From the NCBI GenBank assembly GCA_964019335.1, contig OZ025666.1:1-64000 (forward strand): a stretch of DNA of 64,000 bases. The letters are read 5' to 3'. The stretch comes from Diplonema japonicum (taxonomy: Eukaryota > Protista > Euglenozoa: Diplonemea). A program made the translations under genes and the position numbers. Positions 10,899-23,018 of this stretch are shown here, one piece after another. How positions within the stretch are numbered: the stretch's first letter is position 1; each line of letters starts with the position of its first letter. The notes beneath the pieces are model-generated. The model did not search any database. It was not told the DNA's origin and saw only the letters and a list, made by a program, of their open reading frames with translations.

Positions 10899-12813
10899 AA
10901 TAAACAGAAAGAGAAGAGAGCAATTGATTGCCTGCCTCTCTTCTCCCTCTATTTTTACTTTTATTTATTTATTTTTTTTTTAATTTTATTTTATTTGCAG
11001 GGTGCCCCAACTGGCTTCCTTTATGTCATCAAACTTATTTTTATTTTTATTTAGAAGAAGCTACAGCTAGGCCAAGGTGTGCCCCCTGTAATCAAGTAAA
11101 TGGTGCTTGTGCAGGGTGCCCCCACCAGCTTCCTTTAAATCATCGAGTTTATTTATATTTTTATTTTATTTTTAATTTTAGTTTTAAATTGTGTTTTATT
11201 TTTAGTTTTATTTTTAAATTTTTTTTTGTTGTTTCTTTTTCTTATTTTTCTTTCTATCTTAAAATTTTTAATCTTCCTAGTTTAAAAATTTAAAAGAAAG
11301 AAAATGAAAAAGATTGTTTGATATGGGTTCTAGGTTTTTTTAAAAAAAAAAAAGAAAAGAACCTATTCCAAGGGTGGTTTAGGAAAAAGAAAACTTTTTT
11401 ATTTCTTTCTTTTTAATTTTCTTTTTTCTTTTTCCCCCCTCCATCTCTTCCTCTCAAGTTTTGATAGCCCTCCCTCCCCCCCCACTTTCTTGAACTTCTT
11501 TTCACCTCTTTTCCCCCCTACCTCTCCATGGTTCCCAGTGAACGAGAAAGAACGAGAGTAAATAAAAAAAGCCTTTCCCAAATGCAAACTGCATGAGCAC
11601 AGAATGTTGGTTGCCCTGGGTTGTGTTGCTCCGGCTGGGGTTAAGCTGCACACTGCACACATTAAGGACACAATGCAGAACACAGAAGAAGCTACAACTT
11701 GGCTGCAGTGCCCCCCTGTATCAAGTTAACAGTTCTTGTGCGGGCGCCACCAACACGACGAACAGGCATTTTCCTCCATCCACTTGGCTGGTCATCACCT
11801 GTAGCACCCTGAGTGGAAGAACAAATTGCAGATGCTCAGGGTGAGTAAACTACTTAGGGCACCAGCTGGGGTTGAGCTGCACACTGCATGCATTAAGGAC
11901 ACGACGCGGAACGCAGAAGCGGCCGAGGTGCACCCCCTGTCACTGGTCTCCTTTACCTCTTTCATGTTATTTGGTGGTGGGGATTACAGAAATATGGAAA
12001 TATAAGAAGTACATCAGATGTGTTGTTCACTGTTGACCTCCACGTCGGTCATCACTGGTAGCGCCCGAGTGGAGGAACGTATTGCAGATGCTCTGGTGTT
12101 GAGCTGCACACTGCACACATTAAGGACACAACATGGAATATTGTGCTGTCAGTGTTGTGGTGATATAGTCACCACTTTCAACCTTGATGATGCAAAGAGG
12201 AAAAAGAAAAAAAAAAAAAAAAAAAAAAAAAGGTAAGGAATTCCCTGTTCCGCCAAGTTCTGGTTCCACTGGTTCCGCCGTTCCACCAAGCTCCGACTTT
12301 TCAGTTTGGTGGAAGGGAACGGAACGACCCACCCCTGCATGAGCAGAATCTGGTTACCCGGGACGCCCCGGCTGGGGTTGAGCCCTGTAATCAAGTAGTC
12401 TTGTGCAGGTCCTTTAACTCATATATCTCTCACCACGGCCGGGTTGTAGCTTCTTCTGCGTTCCACGTCGATCACCACAGCCGGGTTACATCCAAATACA
12501 ACATTTCCGGACATATGTACATACCTGCAGCTGCAGTGCACTGGAGTAGATAGGTGCAAATTGCTTGATGGAGCTGTGCATGTCTGTGGTACAAAGAAGA
12601 AGAAGAAGAAAAAAAAAAAAAAAAAAAGGAAAAAAAAAATCATTGTCCAAAAATATTTGAAAAAAAAGTGTTTGCAGGTGTGTCAAAAATTGCAGAAAAT
12701 TTTCGAGTCCAGTCAGTCCGGTCAGTCCGGCCGATCTGGTCAGTCCGGTCAGTCCGGTAAATTGGGTACACCGGACCGGACCGGATTCACCCATCACTGA
12801 GAAAAGTACAATG

Positions 12814-12839
<26 letters not shown>

Positions 12840-12848
<9 letters not shown>

Positions 12849-13113
12849 AAAGGGATGGGCAGTGTTGGCCAGACTGGTGGGGTCTGAGGGGTCTGGCCAC
12901 AAACCACCCCAACACTGCAAATTTTCGACCACACCATGTGGTGTGTTGTGACATATTTTACACCATATTTCGCATACCTGATGTTCTACATGATGTATGC
13001 AACACAGGGTGCACAACACGGCACGTGTTTTATAACATGTACCACTATGCTGCACAGGGAAAAGCAGGCATCACAACATGCACCTCCACAATGTGCACCT
13101 GGTGCACAATATA

Positions 13114-13159
<46 letters not shown>

Positions 13160-13868
13160 TTTATCATATAAGAAAAAACATCAGATGTGTTGTTCACTGT
13201 TGACCTCCTCATCTGTCATCACTGAGCAAACTGCACGAGTGCAGAATCTTGGTTACCTGGGGTGCCCTGGCTGGGGTTGAGCTGAACACCACACACATTA
13301 AGGACACGACACAGAATGCAGGAGAAGCTACAACCCGGCCGTCCGGCCATCGTGATTAAGGAAATGATGCGGAACACAAAAAGCTACAACTCGGCCACGG
13401 TGATTAAGGACACAACGCAGAACACAGAAGAAGCTACAACCCGGCCGTGGTGGTTAAGGAAATGACACGGAATGCAAGAAGTTACAACCTGGCTGCAGTG
13501 ATTAAGGGCATGATGTGGAATGCAGAAGAAGCTACATCCCGGCTGTGGTGCACCCCCTGTAATCAAGTAGACAGTTCTTGTGCAGGGTGCTGCCAACACC
13601 AGCCTCCTTTAACTCATATATTTATCTCCTATATATTATTTTCAGGTGGGGGGGATAACATGAAAATATGTGCAACAAACAAGCAGTGCAATGCAGGGGT
13701 TGAGCTGTACATTGCACACATTAGGGGCACGGTTCTGAAAGCAAGGAACCAATCTGTTTACACAGGTTGTATAAACATACACCCTCCTCTTGTACATACT
13801 ATTTATTATTTCCCCCCTTTTCTATTACATCCAAATACAACATTTGATGCAGAAAGCAGAAACAACAG
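12840..13868. repeat. Right arm of the inverted repeat with 4378-5400
   Basis: Reverse-complement similarity over ~1 kb. Confidence 0.9.
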
Positions 13869-14678
13869 CTTGGCTTAGGTGTGCGAAAAAATGTGAGAAG
13901 ACAAGAAAAAAAGAAAAAAAAAAAAAAAAAAAAAGGTAAACACATCATGTATGTCAAAAAAAATCAAGGATTTTTTTCTCTTTTTTTTTTTTTTTTTCCT
14001 TTTCCTAAAAAAAAAGTTGCAAAACTATCAAAAATAATGACAGTGTTGGGGAGAGTCCCATCGAGTCCTGTCCCGTGGAGTCCAGGTGGTGGGGATAACA
14101 TGAAAATATAAGAAAAACATCAGATGTGTTGTTCGCTGTTGACCTCCTCGTCGGTCATCACCGGTAGCGCCTGAGTGGAAGAACATAATGCAGATGCTCA
14201 GGGTGATGAACAGGCAGCAAACTGCACGAGCGCAGAATCTTGGTTACCCAGGACGCACCGGCTGGGGTTGAGCTGTACACCGCACGCATTAAGGACACGA
14301 CGCGGAACGCAGAAGAAGCTACAACTCGGCCGCGGCGCCCCCTGTAATCAAGTAGACAGTTCTTGTGCAGGGCGCCGCCAACACCGGCCTCCTTTAACTC
14401 ATATATTATTATTTCCCCCCTTTTCTATTACATCCAAATACAACATTTGATGCGGAAAGCAGAAACAACAGCTTGGCTTAGGTGTGCGCGAAAAATGTGA
14501 AAAGACAAGAAAAAAAGAAGGAAAAAAAAAAAAAAAAAAAAGGTAAACACATCATGATGTCAAAAAAAATCAAGGATTTTTTTCTCTTTTTTTTTTCCCC
14601 ATTTTTTTTTTTTTTTTTTCCAAAGGGAAAAAAAAAAAAAGAAAAAAAAAAAGTTGCAAAACTATCAAAAAATAATGA

Positions 14679-14796
14679 CAGTGTTAGGGAGAGTCCCGTG
14701 GGTCCCGTCGAGTCCCGTCCCGTGGAGTACCGTGAGTCCCGTCTAGGCCCATATTCCGTTTTAGGGGACGGGACGGGACGGGACTGACCAACACTG
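14679..14796. mobile_element. Mini hAT-like element with CAGTGTT ends and GTCCC/GGGAC subterminal repeats
   Basis: cagtgttag...gtcccg x5...gggacg x3...ccaacactg. Confidence 0.5.
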
Positions 14797-15456
14797 ATCA
14801 TACTTGACTATACTATAAACTCAAGAAACTACTGCATTCTGCGTCATGTCCTTAATCACTGCAGCCGGGTTGTAGCTTCTTCTGCGTTCTGCGTTCTGCG
14901 TCGTGTCCTTAGTCACCACAGCAGGGTTGTAGTTTCTTGCATTCTGCGTCATTTCCTTTATCACTGCGGCCGGGTTGTAGCTTCTTCTGTGTTCCGCGTC
15001 GTGTCCTTAATGTGTGTGGTGTTCAGCTACCCAGGTCCCCCAAGTCCCCAGGTCCCCCAAAGTCCCTGGGGACCTTCCAACGCAGGATCTGGAAAAATCC
15101 ATAATTCAATTCTCTGATTTTCGTTTGATTTTCTCTTGCTACAGACACTAGTTTCATCTGTTTTCAGAACCAGCCCTTTAAAAAAAAAGTGGGGGTCCCA
15201 GGAAAAAAATGTCTGGAAGAAAAAATATCCGGACCGTCAGAGCTTCCGGACATTTTATCTTCCAGTGATTTTTGTTTTGCAGTATCTTAAATTCTATAGT
15301 AATTGCACACAGTATACCTAGGAGGTTACATACACTAGGAATTAGTGGAGTCTGAAAACCTGGAAGGTACCAGAAAACCCCTCTTTATATTTTTCACATA
15401 CCTTTTTCCTGTTTTATTTCTGGTGTTTTAATAGTTTTTACTGCAATATATCACAG

Positions 15457-18400
15457 TACACCTCTGCAAGGAGGATTAATATGCTTGAAGAAGATACAGC
15501 GCGGCAGAACGCGATTAGCGAAAGGCGAAGAGTATTGAAAGAAAGTGCAAACCAACGGCGACAAGAGAACAGAGAATGGGAGTTAGAGGGTTTAGCTGCA
15601 CATGCAAAAAATCTAAAGACATTCAGAGAGGCACGGACACGCGAACAGGCACTTGAAACAGAAGTGCAGCGACACAAAACGAAAAAGATCAATGCAGGTA
15701 ATGAGAATGCCAAACAAGCAATGCTGGACGGTATTGACCATTTCGAGACCAGCCTTCGAAGGCTTGGAATGGACACTGAAGGGAAGGCGGAAGGGAAGAC
15801 ACAAGCACACTCGTTGGATGACCAAGAGTACATAAATAGAATAAGACAAAGAAAAACGGATGAGGTTGCTGGCAGGAAAGAAAGAACAAAGCGGCGACAA
15901 AAGATGCTTCTTGACCAGCAGCGTGTTTACAAATCAATTTATGAGCGGCAGAAGCAAGAGCAGCTCCTTGAGAAGATCATGAAGCAGTCCAAAGACGAGC
16001 GCACGATGGGTGAGGAGCTGCAGACTCAGGCACAGTGGAAAAACGTTATGGCAGCTAACAGAAAGTTCCGTGATGAGCAATATGCCCAAAGAAAGACCAT
16101 TGATGCAGAGGAAAAGAAGAAAGTAACAAAACAGGCAAGAGAACGAGAGGTGGCACTTTATGAAATCGCGAGAAATGAAGAACTTAGCAAAGTACAAGAA
16201 CTCCTTAGGCAAAAAGAAGAAAGGTGTGCAATTTTGAGACGTTCAACACATTAAAGGAAATCGACAAAGCGACACGCACTATGCAAGGGAATCACAAATC
16301 AGATAATCGATCTCAGCTTGAAGGTTATTGAGCACAGGGAACGCACTGATGGTTTCAAAAGTTCAGTTTTGGGTGGAAAGCCCCTCGTTCCGCCCCAGAC
16401 ATGGAGCGAGTGGATTCTACAGTTCATTACTGGGATGGATGATGTAGAACCTGCTAATGAGCTGTCGTACACAGACTCTATGCCTGGAGAGGAGCAACAA
16501 CTAACTGTAGTGGACAAGGAACTGGAGCAGGAGCCGGAAGGGATTGCGGCCGCTGAATGCATTGAACATCAAAGACAAAGGCAACTGGAAGTGCTGACAA
16601 TGCTAAACAATGAGGAGATTGAGAACTATGTGAACCACACCAAGGACTGGGGCACAGTGAATAAACCACCACACGGATCAGAGTTTAACGCATACCTTTG
16701 CGAAATGCTGCACCGAGTGAGCACCTTTCTGAACCCACTGCCTCTTTGTATCCAGAAACGCGACAGCCTCTTTTTCCCTATCCTTGTGGTGATGGGTAAG
16801 AATCTATCTGGAAAGACCGCTGTGGCAAAAGCACTATGTATGGAACACAATCTTAGTCTTGTCAACAGCAAGGATGTCGTCCTGACAGCTCTCTCGTCCT
16901 GCCATGAAGATGCTGAAACCTTGGTTGCCGGGCTTCCTGACGACTTGGTTGATATTGTACATGAACGTGTAGAGCTGGGTCGAAAGGCCAAGAACGAGCA
17001 ACTTGACAAAGGGCTTGAGGTAAGTAACATGGTACTCTGCCAGCTAGTCTACAACCACATTAAGTGGATCAAGGCAAAGTCAATGACATCAGGCGCGAAT
17101 GAGAACGACCCTAGCCTTGTGTGTAAACCTCAAGGTATTTTGCTTGAGGGTTTCCCTCACACAGCCCTGCAATTTGAGATAATGGAAAGCCTGCTAACAA
17201 CATACAAGCCTGACGAGGAGGTGAAAGACACAGATTATAAACTTGCTCCCAAAAAGCATAGAACCACTGTGGAACTGCCTGTTGTACAACAAGAGGGCAC
17301 GGAGTCGGTGCGGAACACACCTGAAGTTGCTGAAGAGGGAGAAGAAGACAGGGCACAACAACAAGTCGTCCCCATCCAACAGCTGACGGAAGAAGAAGAA
17401 GAACTCCTCAGAATACCTGAAGCCAACGCAACAGCTTTTGACCTAGTCCTCAATATCAATGTTTCAGACACAGACGTTTTAGTGCGATATGCAGGTGAGA
17501 GAGTAGACCCTTTGACTGGAGTCACCTACCACATGGAATACAACCCACCTGATGACGAGGTGGTCCCCCGCTTGCAAACTATCGACAAGAGCGTTAGAAA
17601 CACGGAACTGCTACACTCGAAACTGACGGCCTTCCGACACAACAAAAAGCGCATTATTGCCTGGCTGCAGGAGCGGGGGAACTTCGAAGAAGTGGACGGG
17701 AGTGTGCCCCTTGAAGAAGTAGTCCCTAAAGCGATCGACGTGGCAAGACGAGTGCTTAAACAAAAGAAGGACAGCGAAGAAAAGACAATGCGCATTAAGA
17801 AGTTGCGTGAGTTCATCGCAGAAGAAAAACACCGATATGCAAAGGAAATTGAAGCAAGAAAGGAGGCTGTGTCACCGACAGGGGAATCAGCTCACACCGA
17901 GGCGAGGGAACCAAAGAAGATAGCACCCATTGATGTGAATCAAGAGGTGTGCCAGGCAATCGAAAATCAATGGAAGGAGGCAGGGTGTGTCTATGAGCAG
18001 GGGCTTTCCGAGGTGTTTATCGAGCTGAGAAAATTGAAAAAGGACGCAGTGGAGCACTTCATTGCAATCACAAAGCAGTTTGAAGGGCATCTCAAGAAAC
18101 CAAGCAACCGCCAGATGAAGGTTGAAGCCTTCCAGCAAGATTTCAATGCCTTCGATGTCGAGCTGCGCAGGGACAAAGAAGGAATGGCCGAGCTACACTT
18201 GCGCACAGACACCCTGCAATCAGAGCTTTGGAAAGAATGCGACACGAAAAAAGAAGGTGCCGACCTCGTTGTCCAAGACTACACTAAAGCAAACTGGAAC
18301 GAGCTCTACAGAAATGACGTGCAGATGCAGTTCTGTGTGCTTGTGGAGCTTGAGATCACGAGATTCGTATTCACTAAGAGGCTCATCCAGTTCTACTACG

Positions 18401-19987
18401 GCGTGCTGTACTGCTGTACCTTAAAAGGAGACGACACTCTACCTGACCTTACCGGACCAGTAGACGATCAGCCAAAGGGTAAAAAACAGGAAAAGAAACT
18501 ACCTCCAAAAGGTAAACCGAAAGAGCCAGAACCCGAAGAGTCTCCTGAAGAATTTATGAAAATTTATAAAAAAGCGATAGAATGGATAGAAGAGGCAGCA
18601 GCCGTTGACACTGAGAAAGACAGCAAAACTGCTAAGGACCCTAAACAAGTAAGTAACATTCTCTCTAGTGAGTGGGAACAAGTAGCGGAGAAACTTGCTA
18701 ACAGTGCAACCGGTAGAGAGATGGAATTACTGAGATATAGGTTGGAGATTATTTGCAGCAAGTACTACTCCTTTATCGAGGATTTCAACGAGAAATCTAC
18801 CTCCGTCAACCAGAAGCTGACTTGCAAGCTGAATGAAGCATTCAAACGCGAGATGACGGCAGTCGCTAGTCTTGTGGCGCACATCCGCACAAACATAGAA
18901 GAGCAGACGCCCCTCCTGTACACTATAGACTTGACAGACAGCAGGGTGGTTGTTAATGAAGCATCGATCCTCGTGCCTCCAACCGAGGTGGGTGAACTAG
19001 AAGCTAGTGACATTGGAGACGGAGGTGACTTTGTGACACCTAACCTCACGAAGAGCTTCTTGCTTGGGATAATATCCAGATTCAGGGGAAGAGCACCTGA
19101 AGGATTGATATCTAAGGGCGACTTCGTGCGTCTGTTTTTACAGATCGCAGCTACTACAACAGACGAAGACGAGGTTCCTAGATGCTGGCTCGAGTACGGG
19201 AAGGAAAACTTCGAAAAGGCATTCAGTTCGTTTGATTGGCTTAACAAGGGAGCCTGCGATTGGAGATCCTTCTGCACGTCACTGTTGCTGTGGTCAAATG
19301 ATAGCTCTAAGAAACTGTGGAAAATAGGCGCGCCTTCTTTGACAGAGCTGTCAACTTTGAGGTTAAACTTCCAGGAAGTGACGGGTGAAGCATCATTCAT
19401 CTCAAAATCAGACTTTTTATCTGTTGCATATTGGTTCGAAGACAACGTTTCTCCTACAAGGTCACAACAGCTTAAGATCCTGCTTTGGGAAATCTTCAAG
19501 ACAACAGGTTCTGAAGGCGAGTCAGAAATCGAGGTCGTCGACGTTACAACCTTCCTTCTGTACTTTTGTCCTGACAAGCAGATTCTGAGAGGGTATGCAG
19601 AACAACAATCGCAATCACTTCATTGCAGTGGACAAAAGGCCTTCGCTGTTTTATCACGAGAGGAAGGGTTTATCTCTCGCGACGACTTGTACAGAATATT
19701 TCACTACTCGTATGTTCTTTCGCGTGCAATATACCTCACAGACCGTATGCTGTGTGCGAGGATGCCGTTGATGATATGTACTCGCGAGAGGGCATTGATT
19801 CTGTGTTCTTTAGGTATGCTCCTAACCGTTTAGATGTTTATACAGCATTCTGCAACGAGTGGGCTTCGGTCCCGATGAAGCTGCGACAGGTGTTATCACA
19901 TTTGCACAACTCTGCGCATGGCACGTGGGCAGGGTGATGCTCAACAATGCCAGCATGTATTTGCAGCACTGTGTTACGTTTGAATGA
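15457..19987 (+). CDS. SPEF2: Sperm flagellar protein 2 / CPC1-like central-pair protein (coiled coil, adenylate-kinase-like, EF-hand-like); N-terminal CH domain not seen
   Basis: ERTKRRQKMLLDQQ...IMKQSKDER block, GKNLSGKT P-loop, RVDPLTGVTYHMEYNPP lid; intron 16224-16256 joins ORFs 15481 and 16318 in frame; further short introns near 19592-19846. Confidence 0.8.
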
Positions 19988-20121
19988 TATTGCTGATCCA
20001 AAATGTAATTTAGTTCTTTAGTACCATTGTATTTTTGTAAATTACTGTATCGTGCACAGTCACCACAGGGCACTTTGCAAAAGGATAAATGCCCACCTCC
20101 ACGAAGTAAAATACTTGATAA

Positions 20122-22932
20122 ATGATTACGTTGCAAAATTTTGAAATACCAAACCACAACACGTGTGGTCTGGAGACGAAGGATGGTGAGCCACCTTACA
20201 CGATCGACAAGGAGAGGAGACTCAAGGAGCTTGTGGAAAGTGGCGAAATGACATTTCCTGAGGTTTACAGCAGAAATAGCACGAAAGAGGAGATCTGTTT
20301 AGAATTCATCGACAATTTTAAGAACCAATACACACAGCTGTACCCTTCCAGGAACGCCCTCTTACTTTCTCCAAGGAACGAATGTGCTTCACGAAAGTTC
20401 ATCTGCACTTTCATACGCCCTACCGAACTGCCTTACGAAGAACTCTACGACTGGGAATCACCCACCAACCTTGGGAAGGGCTGCGCAGCATATGTTGCAA
20501 ATTACATACGTTATGAAGAACTGGCACGACCAACAGAACTTCCTCAAGTCGTCGTATCGCCAGCGACTACACTGAAATGGCAAATAGGGGACTGCTTTGA
20601 TCTGTCGATCCTTCTTGCGTCTCTGCTTCTCGGTACAGGCTACGATGCATATGTAGTGGTAGGTTACGCAACACGTGAGGTGTGCGAGAACAATGAATCG
20701 CGCAAGACATGGACCAACAATATGGTGCCGATCGCGGCTGACGTCGAAGATTCTAATAAGAACAGCGAGAAAAACAAAACTCGGAAATATTACAGCAAGT
20801 TACGCCAACGTCCGAACTTAGAATCAGTATTTGACAAACAACAAGCGGAGAAAAGCAATGCAGCAGAAAGGAACACACCGGACGACAAGAAGGATGATGA
20901 CAAGGAAGTTGAGGATGACGAATTGCACGGGAAGCGTATCCATGCATGGGTGATGCTCATGGGTTCGCCTTCGAAGAGGAAGGATGCAAGCATCGAAGAA
21001 GGTGACGTGTTCTTTGTAGAGCCCAGCACAGGGAAGCGGGCAGAGATAAAGGATACAAACTACTTAGGTATCGAAAGTGTCTTCAACGATACAAACTACT
21101 GGGTCAGCATGATGGAGAACAAGACAGATAAAGAGCATCACGAGAAGGAGTTCTTCAACTTCGACCTAAAAAGATGGGAACCTGTCTTTGTGATTGACGA
21201 CGAGGATGAGGAGGAAGACCCAAATGACGCAACTGTAACGGAGAGGACGAGGCCTACAGATGAGGACCAGTACCTTGTACCTCCAAGTTGGGTGCAGCGC
21301 TTGACTCTTTCGCGAAGGCAGTACGAGAACAGATATCCGGGACACCAAAAGACGATTGAGTACAAAAACGCAAGAATCGACTTGTATGCGGACTACAGCG
21401 AAGAAGATCTGAAGGTTAAGGTTGTTACTTTGAAAGACGAGTTTGGTGCTGAAGAGGAAATACACACATTTTTTAAGTTCCGGAAAGACAAACTCTACAG
21501 ACGGGCACGATACCCCCCAAAGGACCATGCGAACACACTGTCAGCCTTGGGGAATGGTGCTGTCAAGAGGATACAACATGAGTGGTTTGAAGAAGGCCGT
21601 AGATCCGAACAAGCGTTACCTGGCGGCAGTCAAGAAGCATTGGCACAGCATATTTATGAGGAAAATAAAAAACGCACAATGATCTTCTATTCGAAAGCAC
21701 GCCTTGATGGCTTGGTGAAGAGGATTGAGGTGTTCTTCCATCCCAGAGCGGACGCTGCCTACAAAGACGATGCCCAGTCCCTCGTGAAGAAGATCATGGA
21801 GCACTACAGCGACCGTGATGATAGGCTTGTTTATAGATCAGCTACATTTCCTGAGCCAACGCTGAGCAATCACCACGAAAGCAGGGCCAGGGGTGGTATG
21901 AAGCATTAACCTCCTTACTCACTGCAGCTCACGCTTACTCCGGAGTGTCTGGGGCAGGCTTCACAGAGTCAAAGCAACAGCCACGGAAGATGGCTGAGAA
22001 GTATGTTTTACATAATCGCTACTGTCATAGGTTTGACCGCAATCCCGAAATCCCGGCTGACCAATCATGTGCCAAAAGGACGTTTTACATGGCCTTAAAT
22101 GAGATCAAGGCTGAGTACCACTACGGGCCAGGTATGACGCATTGCTGAAAATCTTTACTTATCTCAGGGCGTATCACGAAGCACAGCAGACACTACAGCA
22201 AGGACATGAAGATACCTGTGACTATACCAGTGCTGCAGCCGCATCAGAAGCACCCCAAGCAGTCGGTTCTTGCCGAGGAGCTGAGGACGCTCATAGGAAA
22301 AGAAAAAAAATGTCTGGATGATATCAAACTAAAGCAGTCCTTCTCCGAGGAGATTTTGAAGAATAGACAAGAAGAAGAGGGCTTGACTGGCAAAAAGTGC
22401 CAGGCTGAGATTACAGTTTATGACACATTGCGGAATGAAACCAAAGAGACAAAGATCGATGAAGAACAGCGAAAGGCAGACGAGAGGCGACGGGCCGAAC
22501 AACGCAAAGATTATTTGGCACCATATTTGAGTCAGTACTCGAAAGGTGGGTGCACGAAGGACATTAAGCTCAGCGCCAAGGACGCGATCGACGTGAAGAA
22601 CCAGGTCTTGAAAGATCTCAAAGACAGGCTCATCCAAAGGGCTCACATCATGCAGAACAGGCTAGACAGAGAGAAGGAAGAGCTCGCGCGACACCAGACA
22701 AACTTCCACAAGTCTCAAGAACAAATGACAGAAAGTAAAGAGCACGAACACTACATTCAAATAGTCGAGAACGGGATGTGGCGCATAGGGATCCTGGAGA
22801 AGCGTCTTGTATGCATTCCAACAATATACAACTACACAACAGGAGCGACATCAGGACCAAGCCCTTCAAAAATACGCCAATCTGGATATGAAACTTCGCA
22901 ATGATGGACGGCTGAAAGAAGCATTTAACTAG
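20122..22932 (+). CDS. DRC7: Dynein regulatory complex subunit 7 (CCDC135/FAP50)
   Basis: FICTFIRPTELPYEELYDW...SPATTLKWQIGDCFDLSILLASLLLGTGYDAYVVVGYA; spliced C-terminus ILEKRLERHQDQALQKY..LD.KLRNDGRL; short 3' introns; exact start uncertain. Confidence 0.88.
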
Positions 22933-23018
22933 TACTTGTTTATAGACTATACTCATTGGCCGGACGCATGGCGGCTGGTTTTTAGTGTTGCCTCAGTTCA
23001 AACCACATTACAGGGAAC

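Noticed and set aside
4700-15025. Recurring ~50-bp units as a CRISPR-like array
   Set aside because: No unique spacers, degenerate tandem units, no cas genes, eukaryotic context
7700-15320. Many short F/K-rich ORFs
   Set aside because: Derived from poly-A/T tracts and repeats
16254-22904. Apparent stops and frameshifts in SPEF2 and DRC7 suggesting pseudogenes or an alternative genetic code
   Set aside because: The breaks I traced are resolved by short GT-AG introns that restore the frame
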